Virus record (IMG/VR): IMGVR_UViG_3300014205_000077
Coordinates: 1-45,544 of that record
DNA length: 45,544 bases
Source of the DNA: a virus
Reading direction: 5' to 3' (one strand)
Part shown: positions 1 to 8,969 of the stretch, in pieces
Layout: each line of letters opens with the position of its first letter
How positions within the stretch are numbered: the stretch's first letter is position 1
Notes under the pieces: generated by a model
What the model was told of the DNA's origin: nothing
Database searches by the model: none
What the model saw: the letters and a program-made list of their open reading frames with translations, nothing else
Program-made: the position numbers and the translations under genes

Positions 1-123
1 ATCGTCTTGTTCAATATTGATAAAATTTCTGCCTGTTCTAATGCAAGCTATGGCAGAAGTTCCTACACCTGCGAATGGGTCAAGAACCAATCCACCAACT
101 CTACAATGTTTTCTAACTATTTC
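1..123. repeat. terminal direct repeat, identical to 45422-45544 (circular-assembly overlap)
   Basis: Base-by-base identity of both ends of the window. Confidence 0.95.
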
Positions 124-687
124 TATTCCTATCGCTACTGGTTTCTGTGTAGGATGAGAAACGCCATCAGTGTCTTGTATTCTTTCTGCCCCAGATACCA
201 TTGGCGTAGTAAAGTAATTTCTCATTTCTGTTTGCTTCTTAAATAGAAAGTTGGGATTCTTTTTGTAGGGTTTGTTTTTCATTCCCCAAACCATATACTC
301 TGTAAAGTTTCTGTATCCTATCTGTCTAAAGTTACACATTGCATTTTGTTTAACCCATACAAGTAATTGTTTGGGATACATCTCTCTAACAAAGAAGTCT
401 CTATAAACACCTATGAGAGCATCTCCACTCCATACAATAACACTACCATCTTTGTTTAATATCCTTTTCCATTCAAGAAGATGTGGAATTGCGTCGTAAC
501 CATAATCCCACTTTCCATAGTCCAGAGTTACATCTTTCTGACCTTGTATTGTTATCTTGCTCCCTTTCTTAGACACATTGTAGGGTGGGTCGCAGTAGAC
601 TAAATCTACAGATTCGTTGTCTAATAAGGGATATATAGTTCTGTTGTCTGCGTGTATTATTTTGTTAATATAATTGTTTGTTGGCAT
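1..687 (-). CDS. DNA N6-adenine/N4-cytosine methyltransferase (beta-class), N-terminal 229 codons; gene continues across the window junction into 45284..45544
   Basis: Reverse frame open from ATG 685-687 to base 1; translation MPTNNYINKIIHADNRTIYPLLDNESVDLVYCDPPYNVSKKG contains DPPY motif IV; RBS AAGGAGAAGAATAATG. Confidence 0.85.
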   Translation of the reverse strand, partial: MPTNNYINKIIHADNRTIYPLLDNESVDLVYCDPPYNVSKKGSKITIQGQKDVTLDYGKWDYGYDAIPHLLEWKRILNKDGSVIVWSGDALIGVYRDFFVREMYPKQLLVWVKQNAMCNFRQIGYRNFTEYMVWGMKNKPYKKNPNFLFKKQTEMRNYFTTPMVSGAERIQDTDGVSHPTQKPVAIGIEIVRKHCRVGGLVLDPFAGVGTSAIACIRTGRNFINIEQDD

Positions 688-700
688 TATTCTTCTCCTT

Positions 701-1117
701 TTATAAGACAAGACTTCTAACAAAAACTCCCCTCATCTTAATATAACTTAAATGTTCTTCATAGTTACCATTAAACAACGGGAATAAATGTATATACTTA
801 TTGACATCGTGTTTTAACCTATCACTTTTTTCAAAAAGAATACAATCTTCTTGTTTCAATCCATACAAACTTATAAGTTGTTCATATCCAATTTTGTGGA
901 TTTGTCTATCTGTCTTGCTAAGAATGCGGTCTGGATGAAGTGCGTATTTCAACCTATCTCTTGAAAGAATATAGACGCATCCCTTTTTATCTTTTCCATA
1001 TTTAGTAACCAACATTTCATCTATATCTAAAACATAAAAAACATCTAAGTTTTTAGGTATTTTTTTTGTTACACTCTTTGTTTTGTCAAACTTAAAAATT
1101 GGTTTATCAGTTGTCAT
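701..1117 (-). CDS. hypothetical protein (138 aa)
   Basis: Long ORF in the operon frame, packed tightly against its neighbours; no motif recognised. Confidence 0.6.
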   Translation of the reverse strand: MTTDKPIFKFDKTKSVTKKIPKNLDVFYVLDIDEMLVTKYGKDKKGCVYILSRDRLKYALHPDRILSKTDRQIHKIGYEQLISLYGLKQEDCILFEKSDRLKHDVNKYIHLFPLFNGNYEEHLSYIKMRGVFVRSLVL

Positions 1118-1352
1118 TGTCTATCTCCTTGCATAAATTATCAATATCTAATCCAAAGAATAATTTTTTTCCATTGGTTGCAGAGTATCCATTAAATATA
1201 ATGTCAAATCCTTTATAACTTCCAACCAATTTCATAAAACCCTTTTTCTTGTCGCCCTTAATTGCATTAAACAATTTAGTTGGTATGGCATCTTGGTATT
1301 TTGTCTTGTTGTTTTTCTCTGGCATAATTTCAATCCTCCAATGTAATTCCAA
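1107..1352 (-). CDS. hypothetical protein (81 aa)
   Basis: ORF in the leftward operon with short overlaps to both neighbours. Confidence 0.5.
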   Translation of the reverse strand: MELHWRIEIMPEKNNKTKYQDAIPTKLFNAIKGDKKKGFMKLVGSYKGFDIIFNGYSATNGKKLFFGLDIDNLCKEIDNDN

Positions 1353-1809
1353 CTACTATCTTTTCTTTTGGACTTTCCATATACAACCCCTTTTCTATAT
1401 CCAACCTAAGTTCCATTGTCTTGTATAAGTCAATAGCGTGGTTTAGCAAACTGTTTCTTGCCTCTTCGTGGTTTACGGTGGACATTGTATAAGATTGGCA
1501 GGTTGGGCATCTTACTGCTGTATTTCTTGACTCTTTGTCCTTAACGCATAACCTACAGTTTGGCATAAGTTTCTCAAAAGTATATTCAGTTTTCTGAAAC
1601 ATATCTACTGGCAGTTCTTCTCCACAACTTAAACATATTTTAGTTCTCATTGTAGTTAAATATGTTTCTGTAGATATCTTACATAGTTGTTCCATAAGGT
1701 ATCTAACAAACGACATTTTTTTATCGTTGATTTTTGACATCTCTATAAAATCTTTCTCTGTAAATCTATGTCCCATATAAAATATTTTCCCCGTTACTAT
1801 TTTTTCCAT
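1330..1809 (-). CDS. Cys-rich zinc-ribbon-like protein (159 aa)
   Basis: CLSCGEE, CRLC and CPTCQ cysteine pairs; ORF abuts the upstream gene's stop codon at 1809 (TAATG overlap). Confidence 0.6.
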   Translation of the reverse strand: MEKIVTGKIFYMGHRFTEKDFIEMSKINDKKMSFVRYLMEQLCKISTETYLTTMRTKICLSCGEELPVDMFQKTEYTFEKLMPNCRLCVKDKESRNTAVRCPTCQSYTMSTVNHEEARNSLLNHAIDLYKTMELRLDIEKGLYMESPKEKIVVGITLED

Positions 1810-2237
1810 TATTTCACCCCTCGCATTATCGGACTACCCTTCAACAATCTACCAATTTCTTTTACTCCCTCTTTCGTAGCTTCCAAATCTTCTTTTGTTA
1901 AGACTGGCGTTACATCCTTTGGAATTTGTATTTGTTTTTGCAACTTAACTTCAATCATATTATCATAATGCCCTTCCATTATCTTAACTGCGTTTGTGTC
2001 GTTGCTAACAATCCAATCAAGATTGCATTTCCATTTGGTATGAATTTGGTTTGTAACCTTCCCATTCAAAAAGTCAGACGCATTCGCTTTTCTAAACATC
2101 AGTTCCCACCACAACTTATCGGGATGTTCTTTAATTCTACATTGTATCTTACTTTTTCTTGACTTAGTGAGTTCAGTTGCCCGACTCATTCCAACGCAAA
2201 TGGTATTATATAAATCAATTACTGTCTGACAATCCAT
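1809..2237 (-). CDS. hypothetical protein (about 142 aa from ATG 2237; ORF is open up to GTG 2354)
   Basis: GGAGGTGGCA-ATG RBS at 2237 gives only a 23-nt overlap with the upstream ORF; Trp/Phe-rich C-terminal region. Confidence 0.55.
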   Translation of the reverse strand: MDCQTVIDLYNTICVGMSRATELTKSRKSKIQCRIKEHPDKLWWELMFRKANASDFLNGKVTNQIHTKWKCNLDWIVSNDTNAVKIMEGHYDNMIEVKLQKQIQIPKDVTPVLTKEDLEATKEGVKEIGRLLKGSPIMRGVK

Positions 2238-2514
2238 TGCCACCTCCACAATTCCACCTATGACCGCATCTAATAGAATCTCCTTCTCCATAATCTCTTG
2301 TATTGAATATCTCCCTATGAGTTTGTTTTTGAACGACCCATTTTGTCTGCCCACCCATTACAAAAGTGCAACTATCTCCTTGCGGGATTATCTCAACAAT
2401 CGTCTCTGGGGCATAAACTAAAATAGGTCTATGTTTTATGGTATATTCCCTAACCCATTGACAGTATCCACAAAACAATATCAATATAACAACAATGCAA
2501 TTAAACACTTTCAT
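2215..2514 (-). CDS. small protein with N-terminal hydrophobic signal/TM segment (99 aa)
   Basis: MKVFNCIVVILILFCGYC hydrophobic N-terminus; ATGA coupling with the upstream small ORF. Confidence 0.45.
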   Translation of the reverse strand: MKVFNCIVVILILFCGYCQWVREYTIKHRPILVYAPETIVEIIPQGDSCTFVMGGQTKWVVQKQTHREIFNTRDYGEGDSIRCGHRWNCGGGNGLSDSN

Positions 2515-2612
2515 CTCCCCTCCCTTTCATCTCTCAACGCTTCCGCCCTAACTCTTTGTTGCTCTTCGTATTCTTCAACTTCTTCTTCTGTTATATCGTC
2601 TTTGTATATCAT
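2511..2612 (-). CDS. small acidic protein (33 aa)
   Basis: My translation MIYKDDITEEEVEEYEEQQRVRAEALRDEREGR; GGGAG RBS; stop overlaps the next ATG. Confidence 0.3.
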   Translation of the reverse strand: MIYKDDITEEEVEEYEEQQRVRAEALRDEREGR

Positions 2613-2620
2613 ACTCCCTC

Positions 2621-2818
2621 CTATATACTTTTACATTTACAACAATAAACTTTTGGTTTCTGAACGACTACAACAACTTCTGCGTTTCTAATCCTTGCCC
2701 TTCTGCATTCCATTATAGCCATCTCTCCCTTCTTTATTGCATCACCACATTCCAAACAAACTCTATCAATATGGGTTTTGTGGTATCTAAGAAAGTGCTG
2801 TCTATTTTCGTGTCTCAA
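2621..2818 (-). CDS. zinc-ribbon protein (65 aa)
   Basis: CLECG ... CCKCK cysteine pairs. Confidence 0.5.
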   Translation of the reverse strand: MRHENRQHFLRYHKTHIDRVCLECGDAIKKGEMAIMECRRARIRNAEVVVVVQKPKVYCCKCKSI

Positions 2819-3278
2819 ATTTTTCCCCCTCTACATCAATCTTTGTAATAAAAACTTCTACCCAATCTTCTTTGTCCCTTATTTTCTTAACGTGTCCTTC
2901 AACTATATATCTATCATCTTTTATAATACCTCGTTTAACAATCAAATCTGTCAATAACTTTTCAAGGTTAAACACATCTGTATTGCCAAAGTTTGTAAGA
3001 TAGAATACATATCTTATGTCTATCCATCCGTCAATTCTTTGTTGATATTTCTTCAATATCAAACCTACTGCGTTCTCCCACTGTTTGCATTCCTTTGTCT
3101 TAAATCTGCGTCCCTGGAATCCCACATTTATTGATAGTGGTTTTATAAGTAGGGTTAGATTGGCATCGTTTGTATTCTCTATAGGGTAAACCGTAGTAAA
3201 AGACTCTAAGCAAGAAATACAGAAGGGTATCTTTTCGTGAGAGATTGCTAAGGTTTTTCCACATTTTGGGCATACCAT
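2802..3278 (-). CDS. rusA: RusA-like Holliday junction resolvase with N-terminal zinc ribbon
   Basis: CPKCG...CISC followed by DVFNLEKLLTDLIVKRGIIKDDRYI, matching the RusA D-x-(D/F)N-x2-K-x3-D-x-L...DD signature; RBS GAAAGGAGGGA. Confidence 0.6.
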   Translation of the reverse strand: MVCPKCGKTLAISHEKIPFCISCLESFTTVYPIENTNDANLTLLIKPLSINVGFQGRRFKTKECKQWENAVGLILKKYQQRIDGWIDIRYVFYLTNFGNTDVFNLEKLLTDLIVKRGIIKDDRYIVEGHVKKIRDKEDWVEVFITKIDVEGEKFETRK

Positions 3279-3529
3279 TATTTGTATCCCTCCTTTCTAA
3301 AGATATTGCACCATTGGTCAACTGTTTTAATTGGATGTTTATACCTTTTACTCTTTACAATGTGTTCTTTATACATTCCTGTTTCCGTATCCATATAAAA
3401 AGTAACTTGTTTTTCAATAACTTGCGGGTCGTTGGGACTACATATCATTATAGTTTTCTCTCCCTTGCCCATTTTTTGTAATGCAAAAATTTTTCTAATC
3501 ATAGCATACTTTTTTCCTGCACTTGGCAT
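3278..3529 (-). CDS. hypothetical protein (83 aa from ATG 3529)
   Basis: GGGAGGTGGGGAA-ATG RBS at 3529. Confidence 0.5.
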   Translation of the reverse strand: MPSAGKKYAMIRKIFALQKMGKGEKTIMICSPNDPQVIEKQVTFYMDTETGMYKEHIVKSKRYKHPIKTVDQWCNIFRKEGYK

Positions 3530-3726
3530 TTCCCCACCTCCCACATACTACATCTGGCAATGATTATTGCTTGTGTAGGTATAACTTTTATATGTGCGTA
3601 TATCTCACATACTTCCCGATGTCCACAGTTGCCACAAGTTCGTTCCTGCAACTTATCAAGTTCAGCTACAAGTGAATCCTTTTTAACCTTGACGCTTTTT
3701 TTAAGTGCATTGAGTTTTGGTTTCAT
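3499..3726 (-). CDS. Cys-rich hypothetical protein (75 aa)
   Basis: CGNCGHREVC motif; operon context. Confidence 0.5.
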   Translation of the reverse strand: MKPKLNALKKSVKVKKDSLVAELDKLQERTCGNCGHREVCEIYAHIKVIPTQAIIIARCSMWEVGKCQVQEKSML

Positions 3727-3911
3727 TATTTAGTTTCCCTATCTTTTTTTATCCTTTCTGCTAATTCAATAATCAAATCATCCTTTTCTATAAGCAACTG
3801 TTTTAACTTTTTCCAATCGGTTTTTTCTCCTTGAAACTCGGCAATTTCTATCGTCTCAATATCCTGCCTATTTTTTATAATGGACAGTTCTATATCTGTT
3901 CTTGTTCTCAT
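3726..3911 (-). CDS. small charged coiled-coil-like protein (61 aa)
   Basis: Start and stop both coupled to neighbouring genes. Confidence 0.5.
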   Translation of the reverse strand: MRTRTDIELSIIKNRQDIETIEIAEFQGEKTDWKKLKQLLIEKDDLIIELAERIKKDRETK

Positions 3912-4423
3912 TTATTTCCTTTAATTGTTTTTAACACGTTTTCTATTGTATAGAATGGGTATATTGGTAATGTGTTCCAATTCAATCTATCAAAAATATT
4001 ATCTATATCCGTTTGAAATTCTTTAGAGGTTGAACGGAAACAATCATTTTTTAAGTGAATTGGTTTACATCTAAAAATATAATCGTAAGTTTCTGCCCAA
4101 TTATATACAAATTCTATAATAGGAGAACATTCATCTTCTGCTTTCCTTATCATATACGCATAAACATCAATTACACTTCTATCACATATCAAATAATCAA
4201 GTCCTTTTTGTTTACTTACTTCTATTTCTCGTTTAATTTGTGTTGTCAACATCCACATTTGAGTTTCAAAAGTTACTTTCTCATTGACAGGAAACGGACA
4301 CTCTCTTGCTACTTCCTGCAAAATATAAACATTCTTATCTAATTTCTTTAACGCACTTGCTAACTCGTAACAATGCGTAGTCTTATTCGCCCCGTGTGTT
4401 CCTATAAATGCTATCTTTAACAT
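3908..4423 (-). CDS. P-loop NTPase / kinase-like protein (NadR/AAA_28-like)
   Basis: Walker A GTHGANKTT near the N-terminus, QEVARE and ICDRSVIDVYAY segments. Confidence 0.6.
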   Translation of the reverse strand: MLKIAFIGTHGANKTTHCYELASALKKLDKNVYILQEVARECPFPVNEKVTFETQMWMLTTQIKREIEVSKQKGLDYLICDRSVIDVYAYMIRKAEDECSPIIEFVYNWAETYDYIFRCKPIHLKNDCFRSTSKEFQTDIDNIFDRLNWNTLPIYPFYTIENVLKTIKGNK

Positions 4424-4432
4424 TTTTCCTCC

Positions 4433-4792
4433 TTATCTATGATATTTAACCCAAACTGTTTGTCCTGTTCTTGTTATTCCACCCCTCCAATGCAATCCAT
4501 CACTATCCACATTTTCAAAATGTCCATCAGTATAATATTCCCGCTTTTCAATTTCCTTGCCATTTTTTTTAACAGTAACTACCATTACACTATCTATCGT
4601 AATATCGGGAACAATTTTGTTTAACGAATTAATCATACTTTCTTGTTGCTTTTTAATTTCATCTATTTGAAAATAGATTTGGTCAACAGCGACATTTGTT
4701 TCTTTTGTTCTTTGTTTTCCATCCAAACAGAATATAAAAACTAAGCAAATACATATCAATAAACCCAACCATCTTCCTTTTTTATCTATCAT
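4433..4792 (-). CDS. membrane-anchored protein (119 aa)
   Basis: N-terminal TM WLGLLICICLVFIFCL. Confidence 0.55.
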   Translation of the reverse strand: MIDKKGRWLGLLICICLVFIFCLDGKQRTKETNVAVDQIYFQIDEIKKQQESMINSLNKIVPDITIDSVMVVTVKKNGKEIEKREYYTDGHFENVDSDGLHWRGGITRTGQTVWVKYHR

Positions 4793-5253
4793 CTTTCCTC
4801 CTTAAAAACTTTCTTCTTTTGTATTCCCCATTGTATAGCTTCTTTTCTATTTCTACCATAATATAAATCTATTTTTTTGTTATTCTTTTCGTGTGTTCTG
4901 TCAACAACCAAACACCAACCAACATCTTCTATAAATATATTTGTAAACAATGGCAAGAAATTACAAGCAATGACCTTTCTATAATCTCTTACTGTATCCA
5001 ACAACCACCCCGAACCCTCACAAAGGAACGGGGTGGCATCAGTCTCTCTTCTATAACTACAATAAGCAGTAACCTCAACACATCCAACAAACTTCATAGG
5101 ACAATCTGTAGTTGTTGTTAAACTATCTATAGACTGTTGCAAGTCAATCTTATCCTGTTCTAATCGTTCCATCTGTAGTCCTTGTTTATAACTTGTATCA
5201 AAACTGATACAAACTACAGCTGATAGCAACAACAATAAGATTCCCCTTTCCAT
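4789..5253 (-). CDS. secreted 3D-domain (RlpA/MltA-like double-psi barrel) cell-wall protein
   Basis: Signal-like N-terminus; VEVTAYC...VIACNFLPLFTNIFIEDVGWCLVVDR...KIDLYYG follows the 3D-domain pattern. Confidence 0.55.
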   Translation of the reverse strand: MERGILLLLLSAVVCISFDTSYKQGLQMERLEQDKIDLQQSIDSLTTTTDCPMKFVGCVEVTAYCSYRRETDATPFLCEGSGWLLDTVRDYRKVIACNFLPLFTNIFIEDVGWCLVVDRTHEKNNKKIDLYYGRNRKEAIQWGIQKKKVFKEER

Positions 5254-5628
5254 TTAGTTAATCCCTCTTTTCCATCTTTCCCACGCATTGAGTTTTGGTT
5301 TCTTCATTTCTTTTATAGTGTTTTCCAATTCTGAAACCCTTTTCGCCAATCTAAAGAGTTCTACTGTATTCTTATCGTTTAATATAGCTTTCCTTTTTGC
5401 TATTGCTTCTTGTATAGATTCCTCAAATTGTTTATCGCTTTTAGTCGTTCTGTAAACATAAAATTCTACGTTGTAATAACAAGTAGGAGTGGCAAAAGGA
5501 CTATATCCATAACACATTCTTTTTGGGATAATAGTGTCTCCAAAATATTCAGACAATATTTCTGCATTTGTTTTTCCGACATCATTCATTACAATCTTTT
5601 CAGAGTTTTTTCTCTCAAAATTTTCCAT
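5254..5628 (-). CDS. hypothetical protein (124 aa)
   Basis: ORF with RBS AGGAGATAA-ATG. Confidence 0.55.
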   Translation of the reverse strand: MENFERKNSEKIVMNDVGKTNAEILSEYFGDTIIPKRMCYGYSPFATPTCYYNVEFYVYRTTKSDKQFEESIQEAIAKRKAILNDKNTVELFRLAKRVSELENTIKEMKKPKLNAWERWKRGIN

Positions 5629-5754
5629 TTATCTCCTTTCTGCTTTTTTTGCACCACACTTTTCACATACCCATATAATCTTGTCGTAGTATTGATAGTC
5701 TGGCATCCATTTATGGAAACATATACCAAAGGTTCTCTCTAACCATTCTATCAT
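5629..5754 (-). CDS. small Cys/His protein (41 aa)
   Basis: My translation MIEWLERTFGICFHKWMPDYQYYDKIIWVCEKCGAKKAERR; fills the gap between the two genes exactly. Confidence 0.35.
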   Translation of the reverse strand: MIEWLERTFGICFHKWMPDYQYYDKIIWVCEKCGAKKAERR

Positions 5755-6792
5755 TTATCCTCCTATTGGTATTGCAACTCCACAATCTGGACTCGGACAT
5801 ACCCAGAATGGTTTTCCATCCACATCTATCTTGTCCATATTCTCTCCACAAGTGCATTTTCTTGTTGTAGGAACTACGCCTTTCGCATCCTGTTGTGTCT
5901 TATAAAGAGCAGTAAGAGTTGCTCCTAATCCTATAACTCCCTTGTCTTTATCTCCAGTCCATTTGTCTATACATTTCTTTATTACATAGTAGTCATTCCC
6001 TGCCAATGCTTTTCCAAACTCAAAGTAAGTATCTTTTGCCAACTTTTTGTTCTCTTCGCTATCCCAGTTTGTATGTTGTAACAAATGAGATTTTGTAATG
6101 CTCGCAATCAATGAACTCATCTTCGTAGATGCTTTATATTTCGGCTCTACAGATGGAGGTGGAGGAGGAGTTGGAGTTATCGTTTCGGCATTCTTTCTTG
6201 GTAACTTGTCAAGGAAACTAATATTCGCCTCCGCTTGAGTAAAAGTATATTTAGGATGGTTCGTTGCTATCTGATTATACTTGTCAACATCTATCTTTAC
6301 TATGTTCAGTAGAGACAATATCTTTGTGATTTGTTCTGGAGTTATCAATGGCTCTGGCTTACCTACTTCTATCTTTTTGTCTGTTGCTTTTCCACCTCTT
6401 CCCTGGGCAACCTCTGCATCATTGTCATCTTGGGTTGGCGTAAGCATAATCATTGAAGCCAGTCCATATCTTCTTGCATAAGTTACTGCACTTCCATTAG
6501 ATTGTGGGTCATTCTTTACTGGATTGATTTTTAATTTACCACTAATCCATTCTCCAGAAGTATGTAACAATATCGTCTCCATTACATTTTCCCCACTAAC
6601 CACATCTGATGGTTGCAACACGCACAACCCGTTCTTCGTAAGTATTTCTTGACAGGAATCCCAACACATCTTTAGGTCGGCATATTTTGAGTGGAAAAAA
6701 GGATTCACTTTTCCCGCATATACAGAAGTTAGTTCTTTCTGAACTGCATTCATCGCCTTTGCTATTTCTATTATACTTTCTGAATGTTCCAT
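5755..6792 (-). CDS. erf: ERF-family single-strand annealing protein with C-terminal zinc ribbon
   Basis: NPFFHSKYADL, LLHTSGEW, GSAVTYARRYGL and DDND segments are typical of ERF; C-terminal CTCG...CPSPDCG. Confidence 0.85.
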   Translation of the reverse strand: MEHSESIIEIAKAMNAVQKELTSVYAGKVNPFFHSKYADLKMCWDSCQEILTKNGLCVLQPSDVVSGENVMETILLHTSGEWISGKLKINPVKNDPQSNGSAVTYARRYGLASMIMLTPTQDDNDAEVAQGRGGKATDKKIEVGKPEPLITPEQITKILSLLNIVKIDVDKYNQIATNHPKYTFTQAEANISFLDKLPRKNAETITPTPPPPPSVEPKYKASTKMSSLIASITKSHLLQHTNWDSEENKKLAKDTYFEFGKALAGNDYYVIKKCIDKWTGDKDKGVIGLGATLTALYKTQQDAKGVVPTTRKCTCGENMDKIDVDGKPFWVCPSPDCGVAIPIGG

Positions 6793-6998
6793 TATTCCTC
6801 CGTTGCATATACCGTGTAATCATATGCTCTAACTATCCCACCAACTATACTCCCATCATTATTTTCAATTACACAGGAAGTCTGGGTTACAAAATCTATA
6901 TTCTCATTCCCAGTAAAAGCACTTTCCAACCAAACGTTTGCTAACTTCTCTACATCTTCTGGTGTTCCTTTGAACACCTTGACCTTATGTTTATCCAT
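6792..6998 (-). CDS. hypothetical protein (68 aa)
   Basis: ORF coupled to erf. Confidence 0.5.
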   Translation of the reverse strand: MDKHKVKVFKGTPEDVEKLANVWLESAFTGNENIDFVTQTSCVIENNDGSIVGGIVRAYDYTVYATEE

Positions 6999-7007
6999 CT
7001 TCCCCTC

Positions 7008-7208
7008 CTATTTTATCTCACGAATTCTTCTATAACTTAAATTAATCCATTTAGAAACATCATAATATTTATCGTTTATTGCTTTAAAACTTATTTTTCC
7101 ATCTATAATATAAAATACACAAACATCTATATATTCCGCAGAATCTGGAGAGACTTCTAAAGACACCCATTTAATCAGTTAGTGTTTACCGTATAGTTTT
7201 ATCTTCAT
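7008..7208 (-). pseudogene. small all-beta paralog family member interrupted by an in-frame TAA at codon 10 (7179-7181)
   Basis: My translation MKIKLYGKH*LIKWVSLEVSPDSAEYIDVCVFYIIDGKISFKAINDKYYDVSKWINLSYRRIREIK; carries family motif IDGKISFKA. Confidence 0.5.
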
Positions 7209-7226
7209 AGTTTACGTAGCCATATA

Positions 7227-7430
7227 CTATTCTTCTGTCAATTCAATAATATTGTGCGTGATCCTATTAACAGTAATCTCAACCACATTATTTGTTTCAC
7301 TGTTTACACCTGTGCATCTGTGCATATATATTTTTCTATCAGGGCTAATCAAAAACCACAATATAAGTCCGCTATCAGTCCATACGGATGGGGTATGGGT
7401 TAGACTTGCTTCTGCAAGATATGCTTTCAT
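7227..7430 (-). CDS. small all-beta paralog family member (67 aa)
   Basis: ATGA coupling at 7427-7430; SPDRKIYMHRC motif; C-terminal ELTEE. Confidence 0.55.
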   Translation of the reverse strand: MKAYLAEASLTHTPSVWTDSGLILWFLISPDRKIYMHRCTGVNSETNNVVEITVNRITHNIIELTEE

Positions 7431-7618
7431 TCTTCCACCTCTCGTATCATTCCTTCGCTTAAGTTCAATGGGCATCCTATATGTTTATACATATGTTTAT
7501 ATATAGATATTTTTCCAGAACGCAATAAAGCAAATTGAACAATCTTTTCTCTTACTATTCCGTTATCCATTAACATAACTTCAACGTCATTCCCAGAATT
7601 GCACAACGATATTTTCAT
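7427..7618 (-). CDS. small all-beta paralog family member (63 aa)
   Basis: MKISL start; SGKISIYKH motif; ATGA coupling at both ends. Confidence 0.6.
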   Translation of the reverse strand: MKISLCNSGNDVEVMLMDNGIVREKIVQFALLRSGKISIYKHMYKHIGCPLNLSEGMIREVEE

Positions 7619-7824
7619 TCTATCTCCGTCAATTTAAGATGGTCAAGATTGAGCAATCCTCTTCCTACTGGCGTTCTCATATCATTATTAACCCAAAAAC
7701 AATTCCCAAAATATATTTTATCACCAACTATCATAAAACATCCAATCCGTATGTCCCGTATCGTAGGAGTTGTTATACTTACAAACACAAAATCATTATT
7801 TGTTATTTCAAGTTCTATAGTCAT
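7615..7824 (-). CDS. small all-beta paralog family member (69 aa)
   Basis: VGDKIYFGN motif; ends TEIE, with GGAGATAGAATGA embedding the next gene's RBS. Confidence 0.6.
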   Translation of the reverse strand: MTIELEITNNDFVFVSITTPTIRDIRIGCFMIVGDKIYFGNCFWVNNDMRTPVGRGLLNLDHLKLTEIE

Positions 7825-7825
7825 T

Positions 7826-8803
7826 TTATTCTTTAATCTCTTTTAGCCCAAATCTTGTTGTCAATTCAACTCCAGCATATTGGGATAAGGTCTCATCCTT
7901 CTTTAATATTTTCTTGAAATTGGTAATATTACAAGTCAATACTTTTTTGTCAACATATTCTTTCACTTTCTCCAAACTATTTAATGAATTGACAAATGCC
8001 ATTGTGTCAACCGTAGTTTTTGTTGAATCAAAATTCCCTATTTGTTTATCTCCGAAAGTTATTATCCCTTCTTTCTCGCATAAAGCTTTGACTAAATTCT
8101 CGCTTGCTGATGCCTGTGCCTTACTTCTCAACCACTCTTGAATTATAATGTCTCTATTCTCTCCTTTTAAGGGACTATTGCAAGACAGTGGATGATTGCA
8201 CCAATTACACCACGCACTTGGATTTATATAATTATGTTCCTTGCCCATCACTTCTTTAGCCAATGTGATATCCCTTGCGATTTCATTCTTTAACATACCC
8301 ATACTTGAGCCATCGTAAGTTTCCCCATACAACAACCATCCTCTTGGGGCGGAATATATTGCAGTATGTATCTTGTCTAATGGGTTTATATCTAACAAAG
8401 CATACGCATAATACCTTAATTGTTTCTGATATAGTTCGGACACATCATACAAATATGCAGACTTACAATCTACTATTAACAAATCCCCATTAGGCAAGAC
8501 AAGAACCTTATCTATCTTATACCTAACACTATCTTCTCCCATTAAGAAACCACCAGCAAATTCCTCATCCCATTGAGATTGGAATGGTGGCAAATTCTTA
8601 GGTGTGTGTTCTGTTATTCTTTCCAATTCTGTCCAATTCCCACTCTTTATCCCAGAATAGAAAGCTAAGTGCATCGACTTCCCATTCGCTTGGTTTTCTG
8701 TCTCAAGTATCTCCTGAACAACTCCTTTCAATCTAAGTGCCTTTTCTCGGTCACATGGCACACATAGATTGGAATGACTATAATGTATCCTTTCTTCACT
8801 CAT
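7826..8803 (-). CDS. Cas4/RecB-like PD-(D/E)xK exonuclease with Fe-S cysteine cluster
   Basis: LLIVDCKSA (D-x-K), QLRYYAYAL (QxxxY), N-terminal Cys plus CNWCNHPLSC (C-x2-C-x5-C). Confidence 0.75.
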   Translation of the reverse strand: MSEERIHYSHSNLCVPCDREKALRLKGVVQEILETENQANGKSMHLAFYSGIKSGNWTELERITEHTPKNLPPFQSQWDEEFAGGFLMGEDSVRYKIDKVLVLPNGDLLIVDCKSAYLYDVSELYQKQLRYYAYALLDINPLDKIHTAIYSAPRGWLLYGETYDGSSMGMLKNEIARDITLAKEVMGKEHNYINPSAWCNWCNHPLSCNSPLKGENRDIIIQEWLRSKAQASASENLVKALCEKEGIITFGDKQIGNFDSTKTTVDTMAFVNSLNSLEKVKEYVDKKVLTCNITNFKKILKKDETLSQYAGVELTTRFGLKEIKE

Positions 8804-8969
8804 CTTTTACCTCCTGTATAAAATTATAAAACGCATTCCATTTGAAAAAAACTATCTTACCGTTTTCTATTGTAAAACTAAAAACTATTGTATCTCCAAG
8901 CCAACATCTAACTCTTTTCGCATCTTCTTTATCATCTCCGTAAGCTTTATTGTTTAACTTTATTTTCAT
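8796..8969 (-). CDS. small all-beta paralog family member (57 aa, below the ORF-track cut-off)
   Basis: My translation MKIKLNNKAYGDDKEDAKRVRCWLGDTIVFSFTIENGKIVFFKWNAFYNFIQEVKDE; ATGA coupling at 8966-8969. Confidence 0.55.
   Translation of the reverse strand: MKIKLNNKAYGDDKEDAKRVRCWLGDTIVFSFTIENGKIVFFKWNAFYNFIQEVKDE

Noticed and set aside
7-246. 79-aa plus-strand ORF at the window start.
   Set aside because: It lies antisense within the methyltransferase coding region, which has clear DPPY and FxGxG motifs on the minus strand.
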